Source: Lama glama (Eukaryota). From it: a DNA stretch of 64,000 nucleotides. How positions within the stretch are numbered: the stretch's first letter is position 1; each line of letters starts with the position of its first letter. The notes under the pieces were generated by a model. That model saw only the letters and a program-made list of their open reading frames with translations. It searched no databases and had not been told where the DNA came from. The DNA lies in assembly GCA_028534125.1 (NCBI GenBank), contig CM052816.1, positions 3,474,001 to 3,538,000 on the forward strand. Reading direction: 5' to 3'. Both the position numbers and the translations under genes were made by a program. This document shows positions 28,670 to 41,320 of this stretch, one piece after another.

Positions 28670-28776
28670 AAAAAGAGAAATGAAACCCCAAGGTCCCGCC
28701 CTGTCAGCATTAACTGGAGTATAAGACATGGAATTGGGACAGACCGACAGCTTTCTGGAGCCTGCCAACAGTCACA
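28670..28776 (+). promoter_or_regulatory. Putative TIMD4 proximal promoter / short 5' UTR
   Basis: Lies immediately 5' of the start codon. Contains TATA-like TATAAG at 28720-28725, GC-box-like cccgccc at about 28695-28701, GTCAGCATTAA (AT-rich half-MARE) at 28703-28713 and an IRF-like GAAATGAAAC at about 28677-28686. Motif matches only. Confidence 0.5.
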
Positions 28777-28834
28777 ATGTCCCAAGGGCCTCTGATTCTC
28801 TGGCTGGTGATGGAGCTCGGGCGGCTTTATCTGA
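28777..28834 (+). CDS. TIMD4: TIMD4 exon 1 (signal peptide MSQGPLILWLVMELGRLYL)
   Basis: acaATGtcc start, 58 nt, ends at phase-1 donor A|gtaagt. Resembles human MSKEPLILWLMIEFWWLYLT. Too short for the ORF track. Confidence 0.93.
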
Positions 28835-31800
28835 GTAAGTGTCCGCAGGCCATCCACGCTGGGGTCGCTGGGATGGATTGACATGGCTGATCTGGGTCTC
28901 GGCGAGGCAGGAGCCCGCTTCATGCCTGCCTCCACTGAGGTCTCTTCTTTGGAGAGTTTCTCCCTTCCTTTGTTACACGGGGTTTATTCTGAGACCGGTT
29001 TGGGGATTTTAGGGTGGGAGTATTTATGTTCGTACCAGAAATGGCAATTTAAATAGAGACACAAAAATAAAGGGTCAGATAAAATGGGGAAACTTCCTTT
29101 GCAGGTATCATTGGCACAGTCAGAGCCAGGGGAATTTGTTCTGGTAAAAGCCCTTATTATAATTCTTATTTTTCTCTTTATCTTTAGGAGTTTTTGTTTG
29201 CTTCTTGCTTTGTTTTATTTTGCTGGGAGTCAGGCGTCAAGGTGAGGTTTATCTTTTCCACACGTTGTTCTCAGGTTTGGGATGATGCAAATGTCCACTT
29301 GGCGTGGACCCTTGTAAACCTTCACATCCTGCTGCTGTAGGGCGGAAGGCTCTGGGCTGAGCTGGAGTCATGTCTCAGTCCCTAACCATTGACACTGGGG
29401 ACAATGGCCCTTCCATGCATGAAATGAGGGACCTGGTTAAGACCAGTTTTAACTATCCATGATTTTAGGATTAGACAATGTCTAATGTCCCTTGTAGTTT
29501 TAAAAGTTCATCGTTACCTGCACATGAATCTTTCAAATGTGCTCCAGGAGAAAACACCAACATTCCACGAGAAACAATCCTCTGTCATAGTGTTCTTTCG
29601 GCCTTTCTTTCCTCTGTAACTCCGTGCACCCTCAGGTCTCCACCTAAGTCAGGCTTTTCCTGACCACCCGTAGCTTCCTAACTGGTTTAAGTGGTTCTGC
29701 TACAAGTTCCAGTCCGCCCTGGAGCCCCCTGTTAGGGAACTTGTCACCCTGCAGTAATTGCTCACTTAGCTTCCTCTCTCCCCAGACCCTCTTTCAGAGT
29801 TAAGGGGATGAAAGCGTTTCCTGTCATTTTCCTTATCATTGTTTTTGATTGGTCTTTATCTTGTCCGGGGAGCTGTCGGCGTGGAGGGTTTGGTGATGCT
29901 GAAAGTTGCTATGTCCACATTTCCAGCTGCCAGCTGGACACTGACTGAGTGGGCTTCAACTATACTTGAAGAAGGGAGCATCTGGTGAATGATCTCTGTT
30001 TGGTTTTTTTTTTTTTTTTTGGTGCCTTTTTAAAAACAACCGTTTTAGAAGACACTGACTGCTCAGACATACCGAGGATCAGAGCAAGATGTGCTCTTAA
30101 AAGATGCCAAGTCAAACCCTTCATTCCGTAGATGGTGAAACTGAGAACCCAGACTGGGGAAGTGCCTTGCTTAAGGTCACCAGCTAGAGAAGGAACCAGG
30201 CTGGCACCGGAATCTGGGTTTTCGCTACTATCCTGGGTGATTCCTGAAAGAGGGAAATTGGTTTAATACCAATGATCCTTTGCTCCAAGGATACTTTTAC
30301 AGCTGGAAGGAACAGTTTCTTATCCTAATTATAAATTCTGAAGTGCTTGGTTACTCTCACTAATCGTTTAGTAATTTCATGTGGCGTCTAACACTTCATC
30401 TCGTCGGAACTTGAGAAGGATTTCTGAGGTGAGGATCATCTGGCCCCGCTGTTTTGTGTTGGTAATAAGGTTAGGATTGTTGTGGCTGTCTTCCAAAGAA
30501 AGCAAAACCAGTAACTGGCAGAGTGAGGTTTTCCTTGTAAGTCTAATGGGTGTTTTCCTGCCACACCTGCTTCCTTTTTTTTTTAAACATTTATTTTTAA
30601 TCTAATGAGTAATACAGAAACCCCCTCGGTGGAAAAATTAAAATGCTGTAAAGCTAAAATCCCTCTGATTACGACCCCCAACCCCAGGCCCTCGCCTCTG
30701 ATCGCGGACGTGCTGACACAGAGTTGGCTGTGTAGTCCCACCAGAAACTTTTCTAGACATTTACCTGCCCACATCTGTGCCCACAAAAACCTGCAAATTG
30801 GTTTATTTATTTTATAAAAGGGTTTGTTCTTTATGTGTCTGTTTGAAATTTCCCCTTTTCATGCATTCATAAGGCTTGGCGTTTTCACGCCGACGGATAC
30901 AACTCTGATTCTATTAATTTTCTAGATGTGGTTCCATGGAACGACTGTGCCGCAGGTTGGCCACGCCCCCACACACGTTGTTCATTTCATTGACGTACCT
31001 ATGACGCTACGGTCACATCGGCAGATGGGTCTCCTTGTGCACGTGTGCTTTTCTAGAGTAGAGAACAAAATAGGAAATCGCCCAGGCTCAGCTAGGTCAC
31101 ATGCATATTTAGCGTTGACAGAAACTGCCATGTTGCCCTGGAATATGGCTATTTGCATTCACTCCAGGTAGGCTAAGCCATCTCCTAGATCCCTGTCTGG
31201 CCAACACTTGATATTATCAGTGTTTTAAATTTTTACCAGTCTAATAGGTAAAATTTACTGGCCATTCATATTTCCTTACCTTTGAATTGCCTGTTTTATC
31301 CTTTGCCAGTTTTTCTATCGAGTCTTTCTTTGTGAGTAGTCTGATGCCCCCTTCTACATTGTGGTACTTGGGAAAATAAGATGTTGAATCTCCGTGTAGA
31401 AATAATTCTGTCCCATATTTTTTATTAATTTACCAAATGTTCATAGGAACAAGCTCATATTTTAGAAGGTATTGGTTTCAAGTGCACGTGTTCTGCATAG
31501 CTAACACAGCTGAGGGTGATGACAAATTTTTTCCTGGCTTCTTGCGGGGCAGAATGGGCTTCCACAGCGTTTGTAGTCTGTGAAACATCTCCACTGTGGC
31601 AAAGGAAGGAGATGATGAGTTCAGGGAAGGCTCCAGGCTGGTCTGAATTTGGACTGACCTTTGATCATGTGAGCCCACTCTGAAAAACCCAGCAAGTATC
31701 TCGTTTTGCTTCCTCCCTGGGCAACTCTTAGGGCTCTGCTCACCTTCTCCCAGAGAGGAATAGCTGGAAGTTTGTGACACCTGGGTCAGGGAGAAACAGG

Positions 31801-32993
31801 GTGCCGCTGGCCACGTCTCATACAACATAGCCAACGGGGTTCGCAGCGCTAGTGGGTGGAAAGCCTTACAGGAGGATACCTTGAAGATCACAGTGAGCAG
31901 AGATCTAGGTACCCAAGAAGGAGCAGGATGTCCTCCTTATGATCTGGAGCTACATTTGCCTGGCTCTCCCTTCAACAGCATGATTTGGTTTAGAACAATC
32001 ACTGATGCTCAGTTAAACCAAGGGGCTTCCCATTTGCAGCAGTGAAAATTTTCACAGATCCTCAGAGACGGAGATAGTCTTAGAAGAGGCTGTCCGGTGG
32101 TCCTCAAACACTGAGTGAGTGGTCAGTGACAGCAGAATGACCTGGAGAACCTGGTGATGTACACTTCCACGGGTCTCAACCTCAGAGATTCTGACTCAGG
32201 GTTGGGCAATAAAATAGGTAATTTTAGCAAGCTCCCCCAGGTCATGTTGAGGAGCAGGTGAAGTTGGGAAACACAGATACTTCATTCTGGAGACGGTGAT
32301 ATGTTTTATTTCACAGAGCTAACATGGTTAAACCTAATCCTCCAGCATTTTAAAGTCACAGCTGCCATTCTAAATAACTCCTGTGATTCTCCTCCAGTTC
32401 TAACATTAAAAAAAAATCCACAGACTCTGCCTAAGTTCATATTCTCTAACAACAAATGGTCCAGAGCAATCAATTTCTATATCCAGCAGTAAAAGGGGAG
32501 TTGGACAGCGGAACAGAGTTGAACAGGCTGTCTTCCTGCCATGGCCTGCATGTGGAAGACGGAAGGAGACCCATTTGAGGCATCCAAGTCCGAAAGGACA
32601 TGTCACTGCCTATTGAGATACACTGGGTAGAGTGCTGGTTTGGGGACCTTGTTATATGAGTTAGTGGAACTGGGTTAAAGAGTCAGGATTTTTCACTGGA
32701 GAATTTACTGGTTTATTGAATGGTACTCAAGATCAGAATTTTTAAATCGGCAAAAGGTCGTGCTGTGGAGATGAGTTCAGAAACTCAGGTGGTCAACTCT
32801 TTCCACTTGAGGGATGGAAGGGTGTGGGGTTAGGAGCTCAGCAGCAGCGAAGGGCATGCCAGAATTTGGGCCAAAGAAACGTACACACCACGACTCTTCA
32901 TCTTCCCAGAAGCATCAATCTGCACAATCCCTGTGGAGCATATTTGAGAGGTCTGAGCACCTCACCACCTAGTTTTCTCATCTTTCCTCACAG

Positions 32994-33335
32994 CTCCAGC
33001 AGCATCAGAGATTGTCATGACAGCGTTTTTGGGTCAGTCAGTGACTTTGCCCTGCATATACTCCTCCTGGTCTCATCACAGCAACAGCATGTGCTGGGGC
33101 AAAGGCCAGTGCCCCAAATCCAGATGCACCGAGGAGTTTCTCTACACCGACGGGTCGCGTGTGCTCTGGAAGAAGTCAGCAAAATATGCACTTCAAGGGA
33201 GTATCGGGAGAGGGGACATCTCCTTGACCATCGTCAACACCAACGAAGGCGACAGTGGTGTGTACTGCTGCCGCGTAGAGGTGCCTGGCTGGTTCAACGA
33301 CGTAAAGAAGAACATTCGGCTGCAGCTGCGGAAAG
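32994..33335 (+). CDS. TIMD4: TIMD4 exon 2, IgV domain
   Basis: Acceptor tttcctcacag|, donor G|gtgagc, 342 nt. Encodes PAASEIVMTAFLGQSVTLPCIYSSWSHHSNSMCWGKGQCPKSRC...RGDISLTI...DSGVYCCRVEVPGWFNDVKKNIRLQLRK, with the TIM-family Cys pattern and the WFND PS/metal-binding loop. Confidence 0.97.
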
Positions 33336-35524
33336 GTGAGCACCAGGGGCGCGTGTCTGCGGAAGGAGAGGTTCTGCGGTGGATGGATGGGTGACAGACG
33401 GAGTCAGTGGGTGGTGTTGGAGAGGCTGGAGCTGCTCCAGTAATGAGCGGGCAGATTAAATCCGAGACGTGTTTACCAGTAGAGGCGCCACAGTCTGGAG
33501 CAAGCACCCCTGGGAGCCCAGGAGGCCACAGAAGTGAGTGAGGAGAGGGTGAGAGGTGGGGGAAGAGAACTAGTGAATTGCAGGTTCCATCTGAAGCAGC
33601 TGCTGCTTGTCAAGGGGGCCACAGAAATTTGGGCCCAGGGTTTGCAGGCCTCCCCATTTTTATGTGAACTATATTGATTTTGGCATCTTGGCAAAGATTT
33701 CAAAATTTTCAAACACACTGGGTGAACGAAATAAAATGTGTCCATGGGCCAGCTTCAGCCCATTAAATGAATAGTTTGCAACTTCTGGCAGAGGGAAAAG
33801 GTGAGGGGGATTTGGAGACGGTTACAGCAGGTTTGAAGTGTTCTCCCTGTGACTGTCAGTTGCTTTTGATGAAATTTGAAATATGGTGGTACTCCTACAG
33901 ACTTGAGCTGCTTGGGGCGCAGCCTGTGGTTGAGGTGTGCTAACAACGATCGCGATTCCTGCTTGTCTGGGATGAGGCGTCTCCATGTCGGCTCCGTGTT
34001 AACCTGCACCAGGGATGAGGGTTCCCAGGCTCTGTTCCTAACGGGACCGGCATCTTGGAAGGCAGGGTCTGGCTATCCAGACGCTTACCAAGCATCTCGG
34101 GTGGCTCTAATTCTCTAAAATTGGAGAACAACTGATGTGGATGCTTCCCATTAGAGAATTTTCATAAGCATTGGTGTATGAGTCTCTCAGAGCCACTTTG
34201 TAAGATAGAAGGTGTTATTTGGATTTGTTGAAGTCAAATGATGCCAATCCAAGTCTTCACTTTTCAAGCCTGATATAACCAGCTATTTTATAAAATACTG
34301 GTTGACCTCAATACTCTGTGAGGTCACGTCTAAGTTCACTGGAAACTAATGGTGCCTTTCTGATCCATTAAAGTTAATGGAAAGTTGGCAATTTCAGAGA
34401 GGGTTGTATCTGTAGAATAACTATGGCGAATGAACCCAAATTCAAATGTTGACGGGGTGAGTGGTGACGTGAACCAATCTTTAATATCCGAAAGAGGCTA
34501 TACTTTCACCCTATGTTGCCTTCTTTGGGCTTGTTTTTTTTTTTGTTTTTTTAGATTTTAATTTAATTTTATTGTAGATATAATTTTATTTATTTTAACT
34601 AGCATGAGTTCTGCCTGAATCACAAATTTTCAAGTGTGCAATATACTGTTGTTAACTAGGGGTACAATGAGTGCAGCCAATCTCTAGCGCTCACTCACCT
34701 TGCATGATTGGAATGTTACGTTTGGGATCCCTTTTGATGCGATCGTCCATTTACTCACTCATGCAATGTTTCTGCACCTGCTACATGCGGACACTGTGGT
34801 AGTTATTAGATTTGTAGCTGAGAACAAAATGAGTAGCAGCTTTCTCCTCATGGAGCTTTCAGCATACTAGGAGAAGCAGACATTAAAGAATGATCAAGAA
34901 AGAGATGTGTCGTTAGGAAATGCAACAAATACTGTGAAGGTGAAGTATGAGAGGGCAAAAAAAGTTGTTATTCTAGAACATGGATGACCTCCTTGCAGAA
35001 ATGTCCTTTCAGCTGAGACTTGAGGGTTAAGTGGAAGTTAGTCTAACGCAGAGAGAGATGTAGGGAACAGTAGGTACCGAGTTCCTCCAGCTGGAAGGTC
35101 ACTAACTCGGTCAAGGAACAGAAGAAAGGCCAGTGGGCTGGGGGACAATGAGAAGAGTAGACTAAGACCTGAGATTGGAAGGAAAGAGCCAGACCAGGTG
35201 GCGCCTTGTGGGTGAGGTCGGGGGCTGGGTCTTGATCTCAAGGGCAAGGAGGACCCAGTAAAAAAAAAAGTTTTAAGTAGGGGACTGATGTAATTAGTTT
35301 TGTCATTAAAATAAGTACTCTAGCCACAGTGTAAAGAACAGATCACAAAGGCCAAGACTAGAGCTAGGAAACTCAGTTTTCATAGGCAAGACAGTGGAGC
35401 AGGTGCGTGGACCAGGTGAAGGCAGCAGAAACACAGAGACACAGGCGGATGCCAGCTGTATTTGTATTGTTTCCCTCTTCCTCCATCTCCGCTTGGTACC
35501 AGATGTGTCTTCTGTTGGTTGCAG

Positions 35525-35788
35525 CTCCCCCCACCACGCGTGCAACAACCACCCGCCGCCCAACCACCACCACCACCACTCCTGTGATGACAACCCTAGC
35601 TGTGCTTCCAACAACAGTCATGACTACACCTGAGGTCACAGCCAGGGAACCACCTCAGACAGCAACCACCACTGCCCTCACAACAGTGGCAACCACTTGT
35701 CCTCCAACAACACTGAACTCCCTTCCTGAGGAAGACACGGTTCTTCTGACCCCTGAGCCTCCCACCGAAGGGCCCGTCCTCACTGCAG
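35525..35788 (+). CDS. TIMD4: TIMD4 exon 3, mucin domain
   Basis: Acceptor gttggttgcag|, donor G|gtacct, 264 nt. Thr/Pro-rich APPTTRATTTRRPTTTT...LPEEDTVLLTPEPPTEGPVLTA. Confidence 0.94.
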
Positions 35789-35924
35789 GTACCTGGGTCA
35801 CCTGGCCATTCTATCCCTTCTGCTGGTCACCTGTAGCTTAGATCCCTGGGAAGAGGGCTCTCCTACTGAATGGGGCAGCCCAGCAATTTGCTCTGCGGTC
35901 GGTGTGTGTCTGTGTCTGTGTCTG

Positions 35925-36308
35925 TGTGTTAGTTTGCTAGGGCTGTCATAATAAATACCACAGATGGGGTGGCTTTAAACAACAGAAGTTTACTCTCTCC
36001 CAAATCTGGAGGCTAGAAGTCTGAGATCAAGGTACCAACAGGGTTGGTTTCTTCTGAGGCCTTTGTCCTTGGCTTGTAGATGGCTGTCCTCTCCCCGTGT
36101 CTTCTCATGGTCTTCCCTCTGTGTGTGTCTGTGTCCTAGCTTTTTATAAGGACACTAGTCGGAGTGGATCAGGGCCCATCCATATAACGTCATTTTACTT
36201 TAATTACCTCTTTAAAGGCTCTACGCCAGATACAGTCACATTCGGAGCTACTGGGGGTTGAGGCTTCAAGATACAAGTCTGCAGGGGGACAAAATTCAGC
36301 CCATAACT
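35925..36308 (-). mobile_element. MLT1 (MaLR) solo LTR in TIMD4 intron 3
   Basis: tgtgttagtttgctagggctgtcataataaataccacaga...aaaattcagcccataac, flanked by TG-rich runs. Confidence 0.85.
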
Positions 36309-37128
36309 GTGTGTGTGTGTGTGTGCGTGTGGTTTCACTAAATTGTTCCTTTTTGTTGTCTCACAGTTTCCTTTTGTGTTGCTGTTTTTTCCCTTTCTGC
36401 TTTTGAAGGGTCAGCATTTTGGGTTCTCCAGTTGACTTCCCAGGAGTCTTGGAGACGCTTACTGAAGAACAAGGAAATGTCACCTTGGGTCAGACTCCAG
36501 TTCCATCCTGCCAGGGCTTAAGTCTTGACTTGAGCATTAGAAATTGGTTGAGGAAAGTCCACCAGATGCCTTAAAACTCCCCTTGATGATGAATTAGGTC
36601 TCCCTTTCTTCCTTTCCTTCTTCTCCTCCCTCCCTCCCTCCCTCCCTCCCTCCCTCCTGAATCCTTCCTGATCCTGCATCTTGGACTTCTCACTGAATTA
36701 CTAGCTCCATATAAGGGCTTATCAAAGCTCCCACCACGTGTCCACCTCTGATTTTGAGATAAGAATATGAGAAAACGGTCATGAGATAGCTTGAAAGCTG
36801 AGGCATTTCAGCTGCCTTAATAAGGTCTGGGCTAATTTAAACTTTACAGTATTGAGTTGGCTAATTCTGTTATACTCTGAGTAGTCACCTGAAGTCCGTG
36901 AACCCTAAGTCTATTTTTATACGTACTTTTTTTCCTTTGGCCTTTAAAATAATCATCTTAGAAAACATTTGTCTTTTTTTCCCTAGATTCTAAGAAAGAC
37001 TTGCAATCCTTGAAGAAAACCTGAAATAGTTATAGAAAAGCACAGACCACTATAAAAATAGCCCTGAATCCCACCACTTAGCACACTTATTTTTTGCTGC
37101 TTTTTATCAAACTTTTTTTCTCTTCCAG

Positions 37129-37212
37129 AGTCTGAAACTGTCCTTCCCTCTAGCACCTCTCAGAGAAGCACTGAGGAGACTTCTGGAGACACTGCTTTAT
37201 TCACAGCCAAAG
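37129..37212 (+). CDS. TIMD4: TIMD4 exon 4, stalk
   Basis: Acceptor tttttctcttccag|, donor G|gtatgt, 84 nt, phase 1-1. Encodes ESETVLPSSTSQRSTEETSGDTALFTAK, cf. human ESETVLPS...DTVLLTSK. Confidence 0.92.
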
Positions 37213-38293
37213 GTATGTGGCCCCGGCTCTCTGTTTTTCTTTCCTCGCCCCTTAGATTGAGGAGGAACACTGAATAGAGCATCACTGAATCCGATGACTA
37301 GAGATGACTGTTGGATCCTGTGCACCATGATGCCCGCCTGGGACAAACTGGTGTCAAGAACACACTGATGACTCATTTGTCCCTATAGATTTGAGACAGA
37401 CAGACAGAGAAGACCCATGACCTTGATGCATTCAGGCAGTGCTCCCTGGTAGCACGTCTCTAGAATATCTGCCTTCCCACCCTGTGCTTGGCCACGCTCC
37501 ACCATCTCACCCTAGTTCCAACGGGTCTTCTTTGTTGAAAGCCCCGAGGGGAGTACTCACTTAACTTATTGGCTCTTTGTAGGGGAGGGAGAATTCTTTC
37601 ATTCAATTGTGCTTTCATCCATCCAGCCAGACTTCTTAAGGTATTTACAAGGGCCCGGGGGCAGAGAATTCCCTGAAAATAAGATATGATTCACAGCCTC
37701 GGAGGAGCCATAGGGGACTGCCTGGGCTTGACTGCCCGTTGTGCTACTTTCCCCGGGGGTCTCTGGCTGGTTGTGTAACTTCATGCATATAAGGAACTTA
37801 GATTCATGCCTGGCATTTTACTAAGCAGGCAAATGGTAGCTGTTACCTTAATGGGGCTTATAATCAGACAGAGGGAAAAAGACATCTATGGGGTAAAGAA
37901 ATCAATGCTTGTGATAGTAAGACAAGGGGAGGCAGGGTAGGAGGGTGGTTCATGTGTGTGTTCACACTGCGTGGGTACAAACCGTGCCTCTTACCTGCTG
38001 TGTGACTTTGGGAAAGTTACTTAATCTCTCTGGGCCTTCGCTGCCTCACTGGTCAAATGAGAATAATAAAACACCTATCCCGTGTCTCTTCCTCAGGATT
38101 AATGAGAGAATGCACATAGATCACTTAGAACAATGTCAGGAGTGTACTAAATGCTCAGTGAACATTAGCTCTCCTGTTTTTTCTTTTTATGACAGAAGTC
38201 AGTTTAGGGGGACAATGGGGCCCATCAAATAGGAAGACAGGCACCTACTTATGTTTGTTTTTTCCTTTCCTTTGTATTTTCCAACATCCGAAG

Positions 38294-38353
38294 GTTGGGT
38301 AGTCCAGTCAACTTTGTGGGACATGAGTGAGTCAGTGACTTCTCAGCCAAGAG
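38294..38353 (+). CDS. TIMD4: TIMD4 exon 5 (stalk cassette exon); ancestral start 38285 lacks an AG, usable in-frame AG at 38292-38293
   Basis: A polypyrimidine tract is followed by ccaa|CATCCGAAG|GTTGG..., with donor G|gtaagg at 38353/38354. Peptide (ASE)GWVVQSTLWDMSESVTSQPR resembles human ESKVWDLPST...MWKTSDSVSSPQP. Whether it is included is uncertain. Confidence 0.6.
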
Positions 38354-40639
38354 GTAAGGGGGCTGTGTGCCTGCGAGTGGTTTGTCTTTGGCCGTGGGAA
38401 CAGTCTGTCATCCGCCGCCGCAGGCTTGTCTTGGGATGCTGCTATTTTGGTCCCACTGTGGTCACATCCTGCAGCCTCCCACAAGCTGAGATGAAAGTGA
38501 AACATGATCAAAGCATCAAAGCTGACTCCCTCCCTTCTCTGCCCCGTTTCTGAAACCCCTCTGTTGGGACCCCTCCCCCCACCTTCTTCCTCAGTCACTT
38601 CTGACCTGAAACTAGGAACCCTAGGAGGAAAGTCACCCATTCATTTTTCAAAATATTACTACTGTATTTTAAATCACGCCAATATTCCACTCGTCTATTT
38701 TTGTTAGGGATATGGGTTTTCTTAAGTAGAAATAACATTCTCTCTGACTCCCTGTCTTTAATCCCAGTTCCTCCTCTGAATTAATCACCGATGTTAGTTG
38801 AAGATGATCATCCTTTAGAACTTTTCCTATTCCCTTATGTGTGGGTGTAGATACAGAAATATACAATTTTGTTTTGTGTATGGATTTTTTTTAAATGCTA
38901 TCTTACTGTGTGTAGCCTTCTGCATTTTCACTTGCCTAACAGTATGCATCGGGCCACTTTGTTTTGTGGTCCATGTAGATCTGCATCACTATGTTAAATT
39001 GCTGTTACATTGTTTTATACCCTGGGTACTTAGAGTGTCCACTGCCCACTGAGGGGCATTTAGGTTGTTCCAGTCTGCAGTGAACATCGTTGCAGGCAAG
39101 GGCCTCATTAAGTGTTTATGCAAGTGTTTCTCTAGCTAGGGTGCTGACCAAGAAGGAGAAATGCTAGGCTGAAAGAAATGTGGGCTTTTAAACTTAATAG
39201 CTATTACCAAATTGTCCTTCGGAAACCCCGTGCCAATTTACTCCCCACTCCCTGCCCCCCACCCCCCGAGTATCTGTTTTCCGGTATCCTCCCTACACTC
39301 CATAGGATCATTTGTTTAATTCTTTTCAATCTCCTGAGGGGAGAACGTCATCTCGTTCGTTTGTTGGTCTGATTACCAAAGAGTTAGAGTGTCTGTCTGT
39401 TTATTAGCCAGAAAACAACCATCCTTTACCTCTGAGGAGGAGGCAATGTAACATCACGGACAAAGGCTCGGAAGATGGAATTGGAGGGGCAGACAAGAGT
39501 GAGTGGAAGGGGGCAGGTTTTGGATGAAGACTGTAAATCAAGATGAAATGCAAGGGTGAGCTAACTTTGAGAAGCTCTGGCATGCCTGAACTCCTACAGA
39601 GGGAAGACGGGAAATCTGGACTACAGGTTGATAACCAGGTGCCAAAGACCCAAACCTTCTTTGTCATGGGTTGGGGTGAGGGTAGGGGGCTGTCTTCTGA
39701 CAGAAGAGACGGTAGCAAGTAGAAAAGTGATAAAGGATAGTGGAATAGATAAACAAGATTATAATGTGAAGCACAGGGAAATGCACACAAGATCCTGTGG
39801 TGGCTCACAGCGAAAAATAATGTGACAATGAATATACGTATGTTCAAGCAACCATAACAACAGTAAAAATTCTCATAGGTTCTGCCCTCAGCTAAAGGCA
39901 GTCTGTTCAGGAAATATGAACTCTTACCCCTGCAGGTAGCTAAGAACTCAAATCACTGCATCCAGCCTGAGATTAATTTCATTTCTTGCTTGGCTGCAGG
40001 AGTGTGTGAAATGGCCCCAAATTTCTCCCCAAAGACACATTCTCTGTCCTGGGCAGGGACTCTGAAACCAGGGCGAAGAGAGCCCTGTCACTACGTCATT
40101 TCCTAAATAAAATCAGGTGGCCTGGGATTAAGTCCTCTGCCGATTATGCCTCGGCCTCAGTTTTACTGCCATAGTAATATCCCAAATCCTTTATTTCCAG
40201 TCCTTTCTTCTCACAGTCTTCTGGGTGGCAGTGGATTAGAGAGTGAGAGATGCAGCCCCACCATTTTATGCTGTGTTTTTGTTTTTTGGCTTTTTGGTTT
40301 TGTTTTCTTTTGCTTTGGTTTTAGAATCTCAGGCTCTTGTTCTGTCCTTTTCTAAATCTCAGTTTCCTCCAAATGTACAGTGGACATAATGGCCGTACAT
40401 ATCTCCTAGGGCTGCTGAGTGAGGAAATACATGATAAAAGGCCTGGTACATGATTACTGGCTGGTAAATGACAGTCCTCATGACGGATTCCAGTTCCCTC
40501 TCATCTGCGTGTCTCTGCATGTCTCTCCCTTTCTACTCACTCTCTCTCAGGCCAGGTCCGCAGGGGAGCAAGAGGCCACACCTGCCAGCTCCCAACTGAC
40601 TTGCTATTTGGTTGTATGGGGTTTTTTGTTGCTGTTAAG

Positions 40640-41320
40640 CAGTCAACATGTTGTACATTAGGTTTCCCAGAACCTATTCTTACAACTGGAAGTTTGTACC
40701 CTCAGACCAACATCTCCCCATTTCTTCCACCCCTCTGTCCCTGGCAACCACCATTCTCCTGTTTCTATGAATTTGATGTCCACATATAAGTGAGACCATG
40801 CAGTATTTGTCTTTTCTCTATCTGAGTTATTACCCTCAGCATAAGGCTGTCAAGGCCCATCCATGTTGTTCCAAATGGCAGGGTTTCTTTCTTTTTTATG
40901 ATTGAATAATAATATTCCATTATACGTGTATAAATATGCCACATTTTCTGTATCATTCATACATCAAAGTATGTTTAGTTTGCTTCCATATCTTGGCTAT
41001 TGTGAATAATACTGCAGTGAACATGCAGGTGAAGATATCTTTTTGAGATGATAATTTCATCTTCTTTACATATATACGCAGGAGTGGAATTGCTGGATCC
41101 TATGGTAGCTCTATTTTTAAGTTTTTGAAGAACCTCCATCCTGTTTTCCATAGTAACTGCACCAATGTACAGTCTCATCAACAGTGCCCAAGCTTCCCTT
41201 TTCTCCACGTCCTCACCAGCACTTGCTGTAACTTGTCTTTTTCATGGTAGCCATTCTAGCAGGCGCGAGGTGATATGTCATTGTGTTTCCCTGATGTTTA
41301 GTGATATTGACCACCTTTTC
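40640..41320 (-). mobile_element. L1MA-type LINE-1 3' fragment in TIMD4 intron 5
   Basis: Antisense translations (KMWHIYT..MEYY..IIKK..LPFGTTWM) match the end of L1 ORF2p; typical 3' UTR follows. Confidence 0.85.

Noticed and set aside
32824..33339. 171-aa ORF overlapping exon 2, and antisense ORFs over exons 2, 3 and ERH
   Set aside because: Alternative-frame shadows of real or former coding sequence, with no recognisable protein features.
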